Shown here piece after piece: positions 29,478 through 39,986 of a stretch of DNA of 64,000 nucleotides. The notes beneath the pieces are model-generated. The model was not told the origin of the DNA and searched no databases. It worked only from the letters and a program-made list of their open reading frames with translations. The stretch's first letter is position 1, and each line of letters starts with the position of its first letter. This stretch comes from an uncultured delta proteobacterium (lineage in GTDB: Bacteria; Desulfobacterota; Binatia; Binatales; Binataceae), in the NCBI GenBank assembly GCA_963711565.1, contig CAVQEQ010000004.1, forward strand, positions 1,216,001-1,280,000, read 5' to 3'. The translations under genes and the position numbers were made by a program.

Positions 29478-30359
29478 CTACGGCAGAATCGCGAACGCGC
29501 GCGCCGGGAAGCCGAGGCCATCCTGCGGCTTCGGCCAACTTACGACGATCAGCGCGCCGGTAGCCGGCACCTTGTCCAGGTTTGCCATCACCTCGATCTG
29601 CCAGTGGCCGTGCTTGAGCAACCACGTCTCGGACTCGAGAGAGGGCGTCGTGTCTGTATCCATCGACTCGTGGCCGTTCGCCACGATGCCGCGCTGCTCG
29701 TACAGGAATCGGATCGCCGCCAGCGACCATGCAGGGAATGGATAGCGCTCGAAGCGCCGCGGATTCTTGGCCCAGTCCTTGTACATGTCGGTGCGCAGCG
29801 CGGCGAAGGCGCCTGCCGGGACGCGGCCGTGCATCTGCTCCCAGGCTTTGATGTCGTCAACGGTGAGAAGGTGGTTGGGATCGCGCTTGAGCATCGGAGT
29901 CACGTCGAAAACCACCAGCGGCAAGATCATCTGCTTGACCGGAATCTTGTCCAGCGTTGCGCCCGCCGGGTCGAAGTGCGCGGGCGGATCGACGTGCGTG
30001 CCGTACTGCCCGACCATCGCGAAGAATTGGGCGCGAAATCCGTCGCGGTCGATAGTGTAGGGACGGCCGGTCGCGGGATCCGCGGCCGCGGAGAAGGTTG
30101 CAGGGCCGAAGCCTCGCCATACCGGCGTCAACGGGCTGAAGGAATGTGTCAGATCGACGAACTCTTTGGATGCGATTATCTGGTACGCGTCCGCAAGCGA
30201 TCGCGCCTGGGCCAATGCGATCGCCGGTGCGCCGACGATGAACGCGAGGCTCAAGAGTACGAACAATGCGGAGGTGACCAGCCGGGCCGGCTTCCTGTCC
30301 ATGCGCGACCTCCTCGTCGATGATTCAGAGTCTTCTCGGCTGCGCAAGTTTTGCTTCAC
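29478..30359 (-). CDS. Cyclase (kynurenine formamidase-like) family metallohydrolase with signal peptide; start may be at 30303
   Basis: VDLTH, QYGTHVDPPAH, GHESMDTD, QIEVMANL, GFPARA. Confidence 0.85.
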   Translation of the reverse strand: MKQNLRSREDSESSTRRSRMDRKPARLVTSALFVLLSLAFIVGAPAIALAQARSLADAYQIIASKEFVDLTHSFSPLTPVWRGFGPATFSAAADPATGRPYTIDRDGFRAQFFAMVGQYGTHVDPPAHFDPAGATLDKIPVKQMILPLVVFDVTPMLKRDPNHLLTVDDIKAWEQMHGRVPAGAFAALRTDMYKDWAKNPRRFERYPFPAWSLAAIRFLYEQRGIVANGHESMDTDTTPSLESETWLLKHGHWQIEVMANLDKVPATGALIVVSWPKPQDGLGFPARAFAILP

Positions 30360-30461
30360 TCAGAGCCCCCGCTTCATTAGACTTCGTTGACGCGCTGACG
30401 CGATGCTTGCTAGCCTTCAACTGTAGCGATTTAACGTATATATCAAGCGCCAGAGGCTTCA

Positions 30462-30995
30462 ATGGCATTAGTTAAAAGCGGGCTCGAGTCGGCCAAGGGC
30501 GACGAGATTCTGCTCGGCGATACTGCGGTCCTGACCCGGCTCGACAAGGCGCTCGGCTGGGCGCGGAAATTTTCGATCTTCCCGTATCCCTTCGCGACCG
30601 CGTGCTGCGCGATGGAATATATGTCGCTCTCGATGTCGCCCTACGACATCGACCGCTTCGGCGCGCTGCTGCCGCGCTTCACTCCGCGGCAGGCCGACCT
30701 GCTGATGGTGATCGGCACCGTGACCGTTCGCCAGGGCCCGATTCTGCGCCGCGTTTACGAACAGATGGCGGAGCCGAAATGGGTGATGGCGTTTGGCGCG
30801 TGCGCCTCGACCGGCGGCTTCTACGACAACTACGCGACGCTGCCCGGCATCGACAGGATCGTCCCGGTTGACGTGTATGTTCCCGGATGTCCGCCGCGGC
30901 CCGAGGGCGTGCTCGACGCGCTGATGGCGTTGCAGCGGAAAATCCAGGGGCAGAAACAGAAGCTGATGGCGCTCAGCGAAAAGCATCCCGCCTGA
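30462..30995 (+). CDS. nuoB: NADH-quinone oxidoreductase subunit B
   Basis: ACCAME, PRQADL, EPKWV, GAC, PGCPPRPE. Confidence 0.93.
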   Translation: MALVKSGLESAKGDEILLGDTAVLTRLDKALGWARKFSIFPYPFATACCAMEYMSLSMSPYDIDRFGALLPRFTPRQADLLMVIGTVTVRQGPILRRVYEQMAEPKWVMAFGACASTGGFYDNYATLPGIDRIVPVDVYVPGCPPRPEGVLDALMALQRKIQGQKQKLMALSEKHPA

Positions 30996-31022
30996 AACAC
31001 ACAACTAGCACACGGGATTCAC

Positions 31023-32312
31023 ATGGAACGGATACTGACTCGCTGGCTGGATATCCCTGACCTTCGCAAGCTCGACGTGTACCTTGCCAATAACGGCTAC
31101 AAGGCCGCGCGCAAGGCATACTTCGAGATGTCGACCGACGACATTATCAACGAGATCAAGAATTCGAACCTGCGCGGACGAGGCGGCGCTGCATTTCCGA
31201 CCGGCGTCAAGTGGAGCTTTATTCCGAAGGAGTCGAAGAAGCCGGTTTACGTCTGCGTCAACGGCGATGAGAGCGAGCCGGGCACCTTCGCCAATCGCTA
31301 CCAGTTCGAAAACGATCCGCACGGCATTATCGAGGGGATACTGATTGCGTGCCGCGCGGTCGGGTCGCATAACGCGTACATCTACATGCGCGGCGAATTC
31401 ACCGTGCAGCAGCGCAGCATGGATGCGGCCCTGGCTGAGGCGCGCGCCGCGGGCTACGTCGGCAAGGACGTGATGGGCTCCGGCTACGGCGTGGATATCT
31501 GGACCCATAAGGGCGCGGGCGCGTACATCTGCGGCGAGGAAAGCGCGCTGCTGGAATCGCTCGAAGGCAAGCGCGGCTACCCGCGCAACCGGCCGCCATT
31601 CCCTGCGATCGTCGGCGCCTTCGGATGCCCGACCGTGGTCAACAACATAGAGACCTTGTCGAACGTGCCGCACATCATCAATCGCGGCGCCGCCTGGTAC
31701 AAGGCCATCGGTCCCGAGAAGAGCCCCGGCACCAAGCTGGTGTGCGTCTCCGGCCACGTCAACAAGCCTGGGCTGTACGAATTGCCGATGGGCACGCCGC
31801 TGAAGGACATCATCTACGACATCGGCGGCGGCATCCTCGGCGGCAAGACGCTCAAGGGCGTCATCCCGGGCGGCTCGTCATTCCCGGTCCTCAACAAGGA
31901 GGAGAGCGAGCGCGCGATTTTCGATTTCGACTCGATGCGCACGATTGGCTCGGCGATGGGCTCCGGGGTCGTCATCGTGATGGACAACGATACGTGCATG
32001 ATCGATATGCTGCTGGCGACCGCGCACTTTTATCATCACGAATCGTGCGGGCAATGCACGCCGTGCCGTGAAGGATGCGGCTGGATCGAAAAGATCATGA
32101 CCGAGATGGAGGCAGGGCAGGGCAAGATAGAGCAGCTCGAGCTGCTCAACAACATCTCCGACAACATGGTCGGCAATACGATCTGCGTGCTCGCCGACAG
32201 TATCGCGATGCCGGTCAAAAGCTACGTCACCAAGTTTCGCGACGAGTTTGAAGAGCACATCAGGCTCGGGCGCTGTCCGTTCAAAACTGCGTCCGCACAG
32301 CAGGCTGCCTGA
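31023..32312 (+). CDS. nuoF: NADH-quinone oxidoreductase subunit F
   Basis: LRGRGGAAFPTG, DESEPGTF, GAGAYICGEE, ESCGQCTPCREG. Confidence 0.95.
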   Translation: MERILTRWLDIPDLRKLDVYLANNGYKAARKAYFEMSTDDIINEIKNSNLRGRGGAAFPTGVKWSFIPKESKKPVYVCVNGDESEPGTFANRYQFENDPHGIIEGILIACRAVGSHNAYIYMRGEFTVQQRSMDAALAEARAAGYVGKDVMGSGYGVDIWTHKGAGAYICGEESALLESLEGKRGYPRNRPPFPAIVGAFGCPTVVNNIETLSNVPHIINRGAAWYKAIGPEKSPGTKLVCVSGHVNKPGLYELPMGTPLKDIIYDIGGGILGGKTLKGVIPGGSSFPVLNKEESERAIFDFDSMRTIGSAMGSGVVIVMDNDTCMIDMLLATAHFYHHESCGQCTPCREGCGWIEKIMTEMEAGQGKIEQLELLNNISDNMVGNTICVLADSIAMPVKSYVTKFRDEFEEHIRLGRCPFKTASAQQAA

Positions 32313-32313
32313 C

Positions 32314-33900
32314 ATGCCCAAGCTCACCATTGACGGCAAGGAAGTTGACGCTGACGCCAACTTGAATGTGATCCAGGCGGCCGAACTCGCTGGCATCGAG
32401 ATTCCACACTATTGCTACCATCCCGGATTGTCGATCCCCGGCAACTGCCGCATGTGCCTGGTTGAAGTCGAGAAAGCACCCAAGCTGCAAATAGCGTGCA
32501 ACACGCGCGTCGCCGAAGGGATGGTTGTTCACACCGAAAGCGCCAAGGCCAAGACCGCGCAAAAGGCGGTGCTCGAATTCCTGCTGATCAACCATCCGAT
32601 CGATTGTCCGGTTTGCGATCAGGCCGGCGAGTGCAAGCTGCAAGACTACTACATGGATTACGATCAGCAGCCGTCGCGCTTTCCGCTGCCCGAGAAAAAT
32701 CACAAGGGCAAGGCGATCGACATCGGCTCGGGAGTGATGCTCGATCAGGAGCGATGCATCCTGTGCGCGCGATGCACGCGCTTCTTCGACGAAGTGACGA
32801 AGACTTCGGAGCTCGCGATTTTTGGGCGCGGCGATCACAACGTCATCGACATCAATCCCGGCCAGCCGGTCAACAACAAGTACGCCGGCAACGTCGTCAA
32901 CATCTGCCCGGTGGGCGCGCTCACCGAAAAAGAATTCCGCTTCCGCATGCGCGTCTGGTACCTGCATCGCACGGCGTCGGTGTGCGGCGGATGCGAGCGC
33001 GGCTGCACGATCGACATCCATCACCATCGCGGCCGCATCTACCGCTTCAAGCCGCGCTACAATCCAGGCGTCAACAGCTACTGGATGTGCGACGAGGGCC
33101 GTCACAGTTTTCCCGCGCTGCAAAACGAGACGCGGCTCACGTCGCCGCTCGTGCAGGCCAAGGATCAGCTCGTGGTCCAGCCGTGGGGCGAAGGCGTCAG
33201 GCGGGCAGCGTCGATAATCGCGGATTACAAGCGCAGCTACGGCCCCAACTCGATTGCGGCGGTCGTCGATGCAACGTCCACCAACGAGGAAGCCTTCGCG
33301 CTCAAGCAGTTCATGAAGACCGCGATCGGCTCCGACCGAATCGCGACACTCAGCTGGTCGCCGCCGGGCGTCAGCGGCGACGACGAGTTGCTGATCCGCG
33401 CCAACAAGAATCCCAACACGCGCGGACTCGCGGCGCTCGGGCTCTCCGCCGACGGACTCGACGGCCTCGCGACTGCGGTGGCGTCGGGTGAACTCAAGAT
33501 GCTGATCGCGTTTCGCGCCGACCCGGTTCATGCGCTCGGCGAAGAGGAATTCGTCAGGCGCTTCGGCGCGCTCGACTACATGCTGGTGCTATCGACCGAC
33601 GCCAACGAGACTTGCCAGATGGCCAACCAGGTGTGGCCGATCGCGGCGTATCCCGAAATCGACGGCAGCTTTACGAACTTCCAGGGCCGCGTGCAGCGAA
33701 TCAACGCGGCGTTCCCGCCGCCGGGTAACTCAATCGCGGGCGTCGAGGCAATTGCTCGGCTCGGTCACGCGCTCGACGGCGTCGATCGTCCGCATACGGC
33801 CGACGCGATCTTCGCCGCGATGGCATCCGCGGAGCCCGCCTTCAAGGGTCTCAGCCTCGCGACGCTTGGCGAGCACGGCGCCGATCTCGCATCGACCTGA
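32314..33900 (+). CDS. nuoG: NADH-quinone oxidoreductase subunit G (short form, about 528 aa)
   Basis: HYCYHP...GNCRMC, NHPIDCPVCDQAGECKLQD, CILCARC, CxxCxxGC; start MPKLTIDG. Confidence 0.9.
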   Translation: MPKLTIDGKEVDADANLNVIQAAELAGIEIPHYCYHPGLSIPGNCRMCLVEVEKAPKLQIACNTRVAEGMVVHTESAKAKTAQKAVLEFLLINHPIDCPVCDQAGECKLQDYYMDYDQQPSRFPLPEKNHKGKAIDIGSGVMLDQERCILCARCTRFFDEVTKTSELAIFGRGDHNVIDINPGQPVNNKYAGNVVNICPVGALTEKEFRFRMRVWYLHRTASVCGGCERGCTIDIHHHRGRIYRFKPRYNPGVNSYWMCDEGRHSFPALQNETRLTSPLVQAKDQLVVQPWGEGVRRAASIIADYKRSYGPNSIAAVVDATSTNEEAFALKQFMKTAIGSDRIATLSWSPPGVSGDDELLIRANKNPNTRGLAALGLSADGLDGLATAVASGELKMLIAFRADPVHALGEEEFVRRFGALDYMLVLSTDANETCQMANQVWPIAAYPEIDGSFTNFQGRVQRINAAFPPPGNSIAGVEAIARLGHALDGVDRPHTADAIFAAMASAEPAFKGLSLATLGEHGADLAST

Positions 33901-33913
33901 AACCACATTTGCG

Positions 33914-34801
33914 ATGCCGATGAAGACGCTGCGCATCGAGACACGCAACGGGGTCGGCGCGATCACTCTCACCCGCGCCTCCGAGTACAACACGATCACG
34001 CCCGAATTGCGCGACGAGCTGGCCGCCGCAATCGACCACGCCGACGCGGACCGCGACGTTCGCGTGATCCTGCTGCGCGCCGAGGGCCCGGCGTTTTGCG
34101 CAGGCTACGCACTCGCTGGATCGACACGCGCGCAAGCCGGTGAAGGTTCGCGCAAGCGCGTGTGGGACTCGGTCGCCGACTACGGGATGATCTCGCAGTA
34201 CGTCAACGTGTACATGAAGCTCTGGTACGCGAAGAAACCGACGATCGCAGCAGTCCACGGATGGTGTATCGGCGGCGGCACCGACATGGTGCTATGCGCC
34301 GACTTGATAATCGCGGCCGAGTCCGCGTCGTTCGGCTATCCGCCGTCGCGCGTGTGGGGCACGCCGACCACCGCGATGTGGGTCTATCGGATGGGCCTCG
34401 AACGGGCCAAGCGTTACCTGCTGACGGGCGACGAAATTCCCGCCGTCGAGGCCGCACGCATCGGACTTATCCTCGAGACGGTCCCCGACTCCGAACTCGA
34501 GGCGCGCGCGACCGCGCTGGCCGAGCGGATGGCTCAGGTCCCGACGAATCAACTCCAGATGCTCAAACTGCTCTGCAATCACACGGCCGAGAACATGGGG
34601 TTGGCGACGTCGCGGCTGGTGGGCTCGCTGTTCGACGGCATCGCGCGGCATACGCAGGAAGGTCTCGATTTCGTCGCGCGCGCGCAAGCGGCAGGCTTTC
34701 GGCAAGCAGTCCGCGAGCGCGACGATCCATTCGGCGACTACGGCTCCGGCCCGCGCTCGAAGAATCGCGCCGCGAAAAAAGCGGGGAAGAAGAAAACTTG
34801 A
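33914..34801 (+). CDS. Crotonase/enoyl-CoA hydratase family protein
   Basis: AFCAGY, HGWCIGGG, LLTGD; start MPMKTL. Confidence 0.88.
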   Translation: MPMKTLRIETRNGVGAITLTRASEYNTITPELRDELAAAIDHADADRDVRVILLRAEGPAFCAGYALAGSTRAQAGEGSRKRVWDSVADYGMISQYVNVYMKLWYAKKPTIAAVHGWCIGGGTDMVLCADLIIAAESASFGYPPSRVWGTPTTAMWVYRMGLERAKRYLLTGDEIPAVEAARIGLILETVPDSELEARATALAERMAQVPTNQLQMLKLLCNHTAENMGLATSRLVGSLFDGIARHTQEGLDFVARAQAAGFRQAVRERDDPFGDYGSGPRSKNRAAKKAGKKKT

Positions 34802-34808
34802 TTTAAAC

Positions 34809-34861
34809 TGAAACCCGCGGTGGGTTTCACGCTTCCTTCGGCAGGGGTGACCCCCGCACCC
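34809..34861. repeat. Double-hairpin repeat family D
   Basis: Near-identical inverted copy at 63527-63580. Confidence 0.8.
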
Positions 34862-34914
34862 GGTATCAATCGCAAAGTTGCAAGCAGCGCGCTACTTTGC
34901 TCTCGGTCAGCATA

Positions 34915-34959
34915 AATCCGGTTCCCCTTCCCTCGAGGGAAGGGGTTAGGGGTTAGGTT
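34915..34959. repeat. Palindromic repeat family A
   Basis: gttccccttccctcgagggaaggggttaggggttaggtt, 39 bp identical to 53735-53773. Confidence 0.85.
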
Positions 34960-35032
34960 CTTCGGGCGTGCGCGCGATCAGATCGCCCTCAACCCTTTCG
35001 TCAGATCTATCGCTCAGATAATAGTCAGCGCT

Positions 35033-35638
35033 ATGGCAAAGCCGCTCACCTCACAGGATGTTGCCGCGCGGATTCCGCCGGGACAAATCCTGACTGACAA
35101 ATTCCCCGTTCTCACTTATGGACCGACGCCGCGCTTCGATCCAAAGACGTGGGATTTCAAAGTCGTCGGCCTGGTCGAGAAGCAGCTTCGATTTTCCTAC
35201 GAGGAATTCCGCGCGTTGCCGCAATCGCGCGAGGTCGCCGACTTCCATTGCGTGACGACGTGGTCGCGGCTCGATAACGCGTGGGAAGGCGTTCGAGTTG
35301 CGGACCTGATGAAGCTGGTGAAGCTTAGTCCCGAGGTGCGCCACGTGATCGTCCATTGCGACGGCGATTACACCAGTAACCTGCCGCTGAGCGAGTTTAT
35401 TGACGACGATGTGATACTGGCGCATCGCCATGATGGGCGCGACCTCGAGCCGGATCACGGATTTCCGCTGCGGCTGATCGTGCCGAAGCTCTACGGATGG
35501 AAGAGCGCGAAGTGGGTGCGCGCGATCGAGTTTGCCGATATCGACCGGCGCGGATTCTGGGAAGTGCGTGGCTATCACAACCATGCCGACCCGTGGACCG
35601 AGGAGCGCTACTCGTTCCAGGAAGATCCCGAAGACTGA
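35033..35638 (+). CDS. Sulfite oxidase-like molybdopterin oxidoreductase (YuiH-like)
   Basis: RIPPGQ, DFHCVTTWS, HGFPLRL, YGWKSAKW, GFWE.RGYH. Confidence 0.9.
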   Translation: MAKPLTSQDVAARIPPGQILTDKFPVLTYGPTPRFDPKTWDFKVVGLVEKQLRFSYEEFRALPQSREVADFHCVTTWSRLDNAWEGVRVADLMKLVKLSPEVRHVIVHCDGDYTSNLPLSEFIDDDVILAHRHDGRDLEPDHGFPLRLIVPKLYGWKSAKWVRAIEFADIDRRGFWEVRGYHNHADPWTEERYSFQEDPED

Positions 35639-35650
35639 CGGTCGGATGCG

Positions 35651-37276
35651 TTGGCCTCGACTCTGAATCGTCAAAAGAGTCTCGCGCGATTTCGCGACGA
35701 GGAATTCGATCTCGCGGTAATCGGCGCGGGTATTAACGGCGCGGCGGTCGCGCGCGACGCGTCGATGCGGAGCTTAAAGGTCGCGCTGATTGACCGCGGC
35801 GATTTCGCGGGCGCTACGTCGTCGCGATCCTCGAAGCTGATTCACGGCGGCTTCCGCTATCTCCCGCAAGGGCAGTTCAAGCTCGTGTACGAAGCATTGC
35901 GCGAGCGCGAGCGCTTGCGGCATCGCACGGCGCCGCATCTGGTGCATCCGATTCAATTTCTGTTCCCCGTCTATCGACGGCGCGGCTTCAATCGTTTCAC
36001 GATGGCGATGGGGCTGACGCTCTATGACCTGTTCGCGCGGATGCCGTTCAAAGAGTGGCATTCGAGTCTGAATGCGTCAGAAGTGCGCGAGACTGAACCG
36101 GCGCTCAGCCGCGAGCGGCTGACGGGCGGCGCGATGTACTTCGACGCATGGGCTGACGACGCGCGCGTCACGTTCGAGAATGTGCTCGACGCGGATCTGC
36201 ACGGCGCAGCGGTAGCGAATTACACGGCGGTCGAGAACTTCGGAATCGCTGACGGCAAGATCGCATCTGTCAGCGTGCGCGATTTGCTCGGCGGCATTCC
36301 CTGCGAAGTTCGCGCGAAGAAATTTCTGAATGCGGCCGGCCCGTGGGTTGACGACATTCGGCGGATGGACGATCCGGCGTCGAAGCCGTGCGTCCGATTG
36401 ACCAAGGGCGTGCATCTGGTGTTCGCGCGGACGGTGTTGCCGGTGCGCGAATCGTTGGTGCTCGCCGACGAGCGCGGGCGAATCGTGTTCGTCATGCCGC
36501 ATGACCGCTACGTACTGGTGGGCACGACAGACACCGACTTCACCGGCGATCCGGCGAGTGTCAGAACGGACATCGGCGACCTCGAATATCTGCTTGCGGT
36601 GCTGGCCGAGAGTCTGCCGGGAATCAAGCTCACGAGTGCCGACGTGGCGACCAGCTTTGCGGGCCTGCGTGCGCTGATTCGGGAAGAGAAAGCGGCGCCG
36701 TCGTCGGTGCCGCGCGAGGAAGTGATACTCGAGAGCGCCTCGGGACTGATCACGGTGGCCGGCGGCAAGTTCACGACACATCGCGAGATTGCGCAAAAGC
36801 TCGTCAACCTCGTGATGAAGCGGCTGGGGCGGTCGCCGGGAATTTGCCCGACGCTTACGACTCCGTTTCCGGGAGCGCGGCCGCTGGAAGCGGGGGACGA
36901 ATCGGGGAGCGGCGGCGCGATGCGAACTATCCCGGGCACGGCGGCGGAAATTCTCAAGGCGCGTTACGGGACGCGCGCGCCGATTGTCGCGCTGATCGCG
37001 GCACGGCGGCCGGAGCTGGCGGAGCCGCTGTCGCGCGGATGTCCTGCGATTGGCGCGGAGGTCGTCAACGCGGTCAGCAACGAGATGGCGCATTCGGTCG
37101 GCGACTTCCTGATTCGGCGCACATCGTTGTCGTGGCGATCGCCGGTCGAGGCGGAAGCGGCGGCGGCTGCCGTCGCGCGAATCATGGCGGCCGAGCTCGG
37201 ATGGGACCGCGCGCGCGAGGACGCCGAGGCCGCAAGCTTCACGCATGAGCAGCAGAGCCGGCGCGTCGTCGCGTGA
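35651..37276 (+). CDS. glpD: FAD-dependent glycerol-3-phosphate dehydrogenase
   Basis: GAGING, TSSRSSKLIHGG, NAAGPW, KGVH, GTTD, GGKFTT. Confidence 0.9.
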   Translation: MASTLNRQKSLARFRDEEFDLAVIGAGINGAAVARDASMRSLKVALIDRGDFAGATSSRSSKLIHGGFRYLPQGQFKLVYEALRERERLRHRTAPHLVHPIQFLFPVYRRRGFNRFTMAMGLTLYDLFARMPFKEWHSSLNASEVRETEPALSRERLTGGAMYFDAWADDARVTFENVLDADLHGAAVANYTAVENFGIADGKIASVSVRDLLGGIPCEVRAKKFLNAAGPWVDDIRRMDDPASKPCVRLTKGVHLVFARTVLPVRESLVLADERGRIVFVMPHDRYVLVGTTDTDFTGDPASVRTDIGDLEYLLAVLAESLPGIKLTSADVATSFAGLRALIREEKAAPSSVPREEVILESASGLITVAGGKFTTHREIAQKLVNLVMKRLGRSPGICPTLTTPFPGARPLEAGDESGSGGAMRTIPGTAAEILKARYGTRAPIVALIAARRPELAEPLSRGCPAIGAEVVNAVSNEMAHSVGDFLIRRTSLSWRSPVEAEAAAAAVARIMAAELGWDRAREDAEAASFTHEQQSRRVVA

Positions 37277-37282
37277 ACTGTC

Positions 37283-37966
37283 ATGGTGGCGCGCGAATCG
37301 ACCGCGGAGGTGAAGAAGCGCGCGGGTAGAGTCTCGCGCGCGCTCGCGAAGCTGTACCCGACGGCGCGCATCAGCCTTGATTTCGAAACGCCGTGGCAAT
37401 GTCTGGCGGCGACGATTCTCTCAGCGCAATCCACCGACGCTGGAGTCAATCGCGTGACGCCGCAACTGTTCAAGGAGTATCCGGACGCGCGCGCGATGGC
37501 GGCGGCGGATCCTCGGCACGTCGAAGAGCTAATCGTAAAGACCGGATTCTTCCGGCAGAAAACGCGCTCGCTGATGGGCGCGGCGAAGAAGATCGTCGAG
37601 GACTACGGCGGCGAGGTTCCCTCCTTGATGGAAGACCTCGTGAAAATCCCGGGCGTCGGGCGCAAGACCGCGAACGTGATTCTCGGGCATATCTTCGGCA
37701 AGCCCGGCTTTGTCGTGGACACGCACGTGCGGCGGCTGACGTATCGACTGGGGTTCACGAAGAACACCGATCCCGCGAAGATTGAGATCGACATGCAGAA
37801 GATTCTGGCGGCGGAGGATTGGACGCCATTCTCGATGCGGCTGATTCTACACGGCCGACAGATTTGTATCGCGAGGAAGCCGCAGTGCGAGATTTGCGCA
37901 ATCGCGAACGATTGCCCGAGAATTGGCGTCGGGAAGTCGGTGCGTCGCAAGGAACCTAACCCCTAA
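37283..37966 (+). CDS. nth: Endonuclease III
   Basis: ILSAQSTD, HhH PGVGRKTAN, VDTHV, CxARKPxCxxCxxxxxC 4Fe-4S motif. Confidence 0.95.
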   Translation: MVARESTAEVKKRAGRVSRALAKLYPTARISLDFETPWQCLAATILSAQSTDAGVNRVTPQLFKEYPDARAMAAADPRHVEELIVKTGFFRQKTRSLMGAAKKIVEDYGGEVPSLMEDLVKIPGVGRKTANVILGHIFGKPGFVVDTHVRRLTYRLGFTKNTDPAKIEIDMQKILAAEDWTPFSMRLILHGRQICIARKPQCEICAIANDCPRIGVGKSVRRKEPNP

Positions 37967-37997
37967 CCCCTTCCCGCGCGGGAAGGGGAACCGGATT
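37953..37997. repeat. Palindromic repeat family A, supplies the nth stop codon
   Basis: aacctaacccctaaccccttcccgcgcgggaaggggaaccggatt. Confidence 0.85.
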
Positions 37998-38008
37998 TTT
38001 GGAGTAGG

Positions 38009-39265
38009 TCAGTCAGTAGAACTCAGCGTGTTCGCGCGGGCGATGTCCCCGAGCCATTTTGCGCTAGGCTTAGTGGTTCGCGCCTGCGTAGCGCGATCGA
38101 CCGCGACCAAACCGAAGGTTGGGCGGTAGCCGGAGTTCCATTCGAAGTTGTCGAGCAGCGACCAGTAGCAATAACCGCGGACGTCGATACCGTCGCGGAT
38201 GCATCGCGCGACGCCGTTCAGCGCGCGGCGCACGTACTCGATGCGGCGATCGTCCTTGTCGGTGCCGATGCCGTTTTCGGTCACGATCACCGGCACCTTG
38301 GCGATTGCGCTGGCTTGCCGGATTGTTGCTTCGAGCGCTTCGGGCCAGAACTCGTAGCGCATCATCGTGGTCTCGACGCCGGGCTCCGGGGGAAGCGTGC
38401 CGTCGGCGCTGATGCGGTTGCGCGTGTAGGTCTGGACGCCGATGAAGTCGTCGCCGCGCGCCGCTTCGTAGAAGATGTCCTGGCATTCGGCCTTGATATG
38501 ATCGCGACGAGCCTCGCCGCCCGGCACGGCCTGGAGGTCGCCTAGCGCGAGGCAGATGCCGACAGGAAATTTGCCGCGCGATGATTTCAACGCGACGGCG
38601 GCGAGTCGATGCGCCTCGAGCATCACGTCCCGCGCCTTCATCTGATCGCACATCAGGAAGGGTGCGAACCGATTCGGATCGGCGCCGATACGGCGCGCCG
38701 CGTCGGTGAGCCACGGCAAGCGCGACGGGTCGAGCTTCAGCGGCAGCGAACCGACTAGATACTGGTAGGCGCCGAGGTTGGCCTCGTTGAGAGTGCATGC
38801 GACGCCAATGAGGTCGCCGAGATGCGCGGCCGTCCGCTCGCAGTATCGCGCGAAGCGCTCGGCGGTCTTTTGATTTTCCCATCCGCCGTCGCCCGCAACC
38901 CATCGCGGGGACGTGAAATGATGAAAGGTTACGACCGGCGTTATCTTGTGCTCGTGACAGCATGCGAGCACGCGGCGGTAATGGTCGAGTGCGGCGCGCG
39001 AGAACTCGCCGGGCTCGGGCTCGACGCGCGCCCATTCGATCGAGAAGCGGTAGGCGTTGAAGCCGAGCCGCGCGAGCATCGCGATGTCGTCGGCGTACCG
39101 ATGGTACTGGTCGCAGGCGTCGCCCGACGGCTCGACGAACGGCGAACCGGGCGTGTGCTCGAGCACCCAGTAGTCGCAGTTGACGTTGCCGCCCTCAACC
39201 TGGTGCGCGGCAGTGGCGGTACCCCAAAGAAAGTTGGCGGGAAAAGTGAAACGCTCAGTGGCCAT
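38009..39265 (-). CDS. Glycoside hydrolase family 1 (beta-glucosidase-like)
   Basis: FLWGTATAAHQVEG, YRFSIEW, TLNE, VTENG, WSLLDNFEW. Confidence 0.93.
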   Translation of the reverse strand: MATERFTFPANFLWGTATAAHQVEGGNVNCDYWVLEHTPGSPFVEPSGDACDQYHRYADDIAMLARLGFNAYRFSIEWARVEPEPGEFSRAALDHYRRVLACCHEHKITPVVTFHHFTSPRWVAGDGGWENQKTAERFARYCERTAAHLGDLIGVACTLNEANLGAYQYLVGSLPLKLDPSRLPWLTDAARRIGADPNRFAPFLMCDQMKARDVMLEAHRLAAVALKSSRGKFPVGICLALGDLQAVPGGEARRDHIKAECQDIFYEAARGDDFIGVQTYTRNRISADGTLPPEPGVETTMMRYEFWPEALEATIRQASAIAKVPVIVTENGIGTDKDDRRIEYVRRALNGVARCIRDGIDVRGYCYWSLLDNFEWNSGYRPTFGLVAVDRATQARTTKPSAKWLGDIARANTLSSTD

Positions 39266-39418
39266 CGCGGACCTACCTCAAGGACGAAAGATTTCCGACG
39301 CTACAGCGAAAGCGGCTGGTGCGCCAACCGGGATATTTGAACATCGCGCGCGAAATGCAATAATTCTCGTTCCACTAATCCCGTCCAGGGCGCTGCGTGA
39401 GCCCGTGAAAATTGAAAG

Positions 39419-39952
39419 GTGAAAATCCGAATCGAGGACATAACGGCGGACGCCAAAGAGCTGGTGTTTGCCGAGCCGGAGAATGAAATCAACCGTATCC
39501 TGGGTGAGGGACCGATCCGCGAATATCATTTGGAAGGGCCGGTCGAGGTGTCGGTGTCGTTCTATCGGGCGGGAACGGAACTGTTTTTCGCGGGCAAGCT
39601 GAAGACGCGGACCGGCGCGTTGTGCGCGCGATGCGCCGAGGATTTCGATGCGGCCGGCGACCGGCCGTTTCGCTTTGTGCTGTCGCCGAAGTCGATCGGC
39701 TACGACGACGACAACCTGCGCGCGGAGGATTTGGAATTTTCGCTGTACGAGGGCGACGAGGTGGACTTGAGCCCGCTGATTCGAGAGCAAGTCCTGCTCG
39801 CGCTGCCGACGCGCCCGCTATGCCAGGAGGACTGCCGCGGCCTGTGTCCGCATTGCGGATTGAATCTAAATCGCAGCACCTGCGAATGCCGCGTGGAAAC
39901 GGTCGATCCGCGACTTGAGGCGCTGCGGTCGCTTAAACTGCCGCGCACCTGA
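39419..39952 (+). CDS. yceD: YceD/DUF177 family protein
   Basis: CARC, LC.EDCRGLCPHCG.NLN, DPR; upstream of rpmF. Confidence 0.9.
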   Translation: MKIRIEDITADAKELVFAEPENEINRILGEGPIREYHLEGPVEVSVSFYRAGTELFFAGKLKTRTGALCARCAEDFDAAGDRPFRFVLSPKSIGYDDDNLRAEDLEFSLYEGDEVDLSPLIREQVLLALPTRPLCQEDCRGLCPHCGLNLNRSTCECRVETVDPRLEALRSLKLPRT

Positions 39953-39986
39953 TAAACTCAACCTCAACATTAGGAAGTGATTCGTC

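Noticed and set aside
34809-34959. CRISPR array or IS element ends
   Set aside because: The repeats are dispersed single hairpin units with no regular spacers, and there is no cas or transposase gene nearby.
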